A DNA stretch of 64,000 nt. Source: a virus. The notes under the pieces are model-generated. The model was not told where the DNA came from. It worked only from the letters and a program-made list of their open reading frames with translations, and did no database searches. Each line of letters starts with the position of its first letter. The first letter of the stretch is position 1. The stretch lies in the IMG/VR virus record IMGVR_UViG_3300037069_002825, positions 1 to 64,000 of that record; one strand, 5' to 3'. Made by a program: the position numbers and the translations under genes. This document shows positions 63,850 to 64,000 of this stretch, piece by piece.

Positions 63850-64000
63850 ATGTCAGGCATCCCAGCGAAGGTCGAAGAGGGCACAAACCTGGTCCTCGAC
63901 GAGGAGGAAATCGCGCTCGCCGAAGGCTGGTCGAGCAAGCCCAGCGGTTCGTCGGTGGACCGCATCGGCGAGACGGTGATCGTGAGCCTCCAGGTCCGCT
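63850..64000 (+). CDS. Hypothetical protein, 5' part (runs off the window)
   Basis: SD GAGGAG; open to the window edge. Confidence 0.55.
   Translation, partial: MSGIPAKVEEGTNLVLDEEEIALAEGWSSKPSGSSVDRIGETVIVSLQVR

Overview
High-GC (roughly two-thirds by eye) tailed dsDNA phage or prophage segment with siphovirus-type organisation; the host is probably an actinobacterium (inference). 1-25.7 kb (+): head, neck and tail morphogenesis genes, including prohead protease with nested scaffold, major capsid, tail tube with an apparent ATT start, tail chaperones with a GGGAAAC -1 frameshift, tape measure and several fibres. 25.8-35.3 kb (mostly +): recombination and replication genes (putative SSAP, RusA-like resolvase, PD-(D/E)XK nuclease, initiator-like protein, DnaB, sigma factor). 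35.3-47.5 kb (-): tyrosine recombinase, an atypical RuvB, a RavA/ViaA-like AAA+/VWA pair and many small genes. 47.6-50.6 kb: a divergent control region rich in inverted repeats, a second sigma-like gene and a possible terminus or origin. 50.9-64 kb (mostly +): accessory genes (ASCH, repeat-linked modular proteins, XF1762/Mom-like GNAT, glycoside hydrolase, nucleotidyltransferase, RNase HI, Rpf-like transglycosylase). The most striking element is a cluster of unusual RNAs next to the nucleotidyltransferase and RNase H genes: a 163-nt RNA with a complete tRNA cloverleaf scaffold but 53-nt and 52-nt structured D- and T-loops and its own promoter, a ~170-nt multibranch RNA, and a tRNA-Leu(UAA)-like gene with C33 and a 35-nt variable arm. 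Also notable are a kissing-loop three-way-junction leader RNA and a set of in-frame short repeats joining protein modules. All family assignments are by eye from motifs and synteny; no searches were run.
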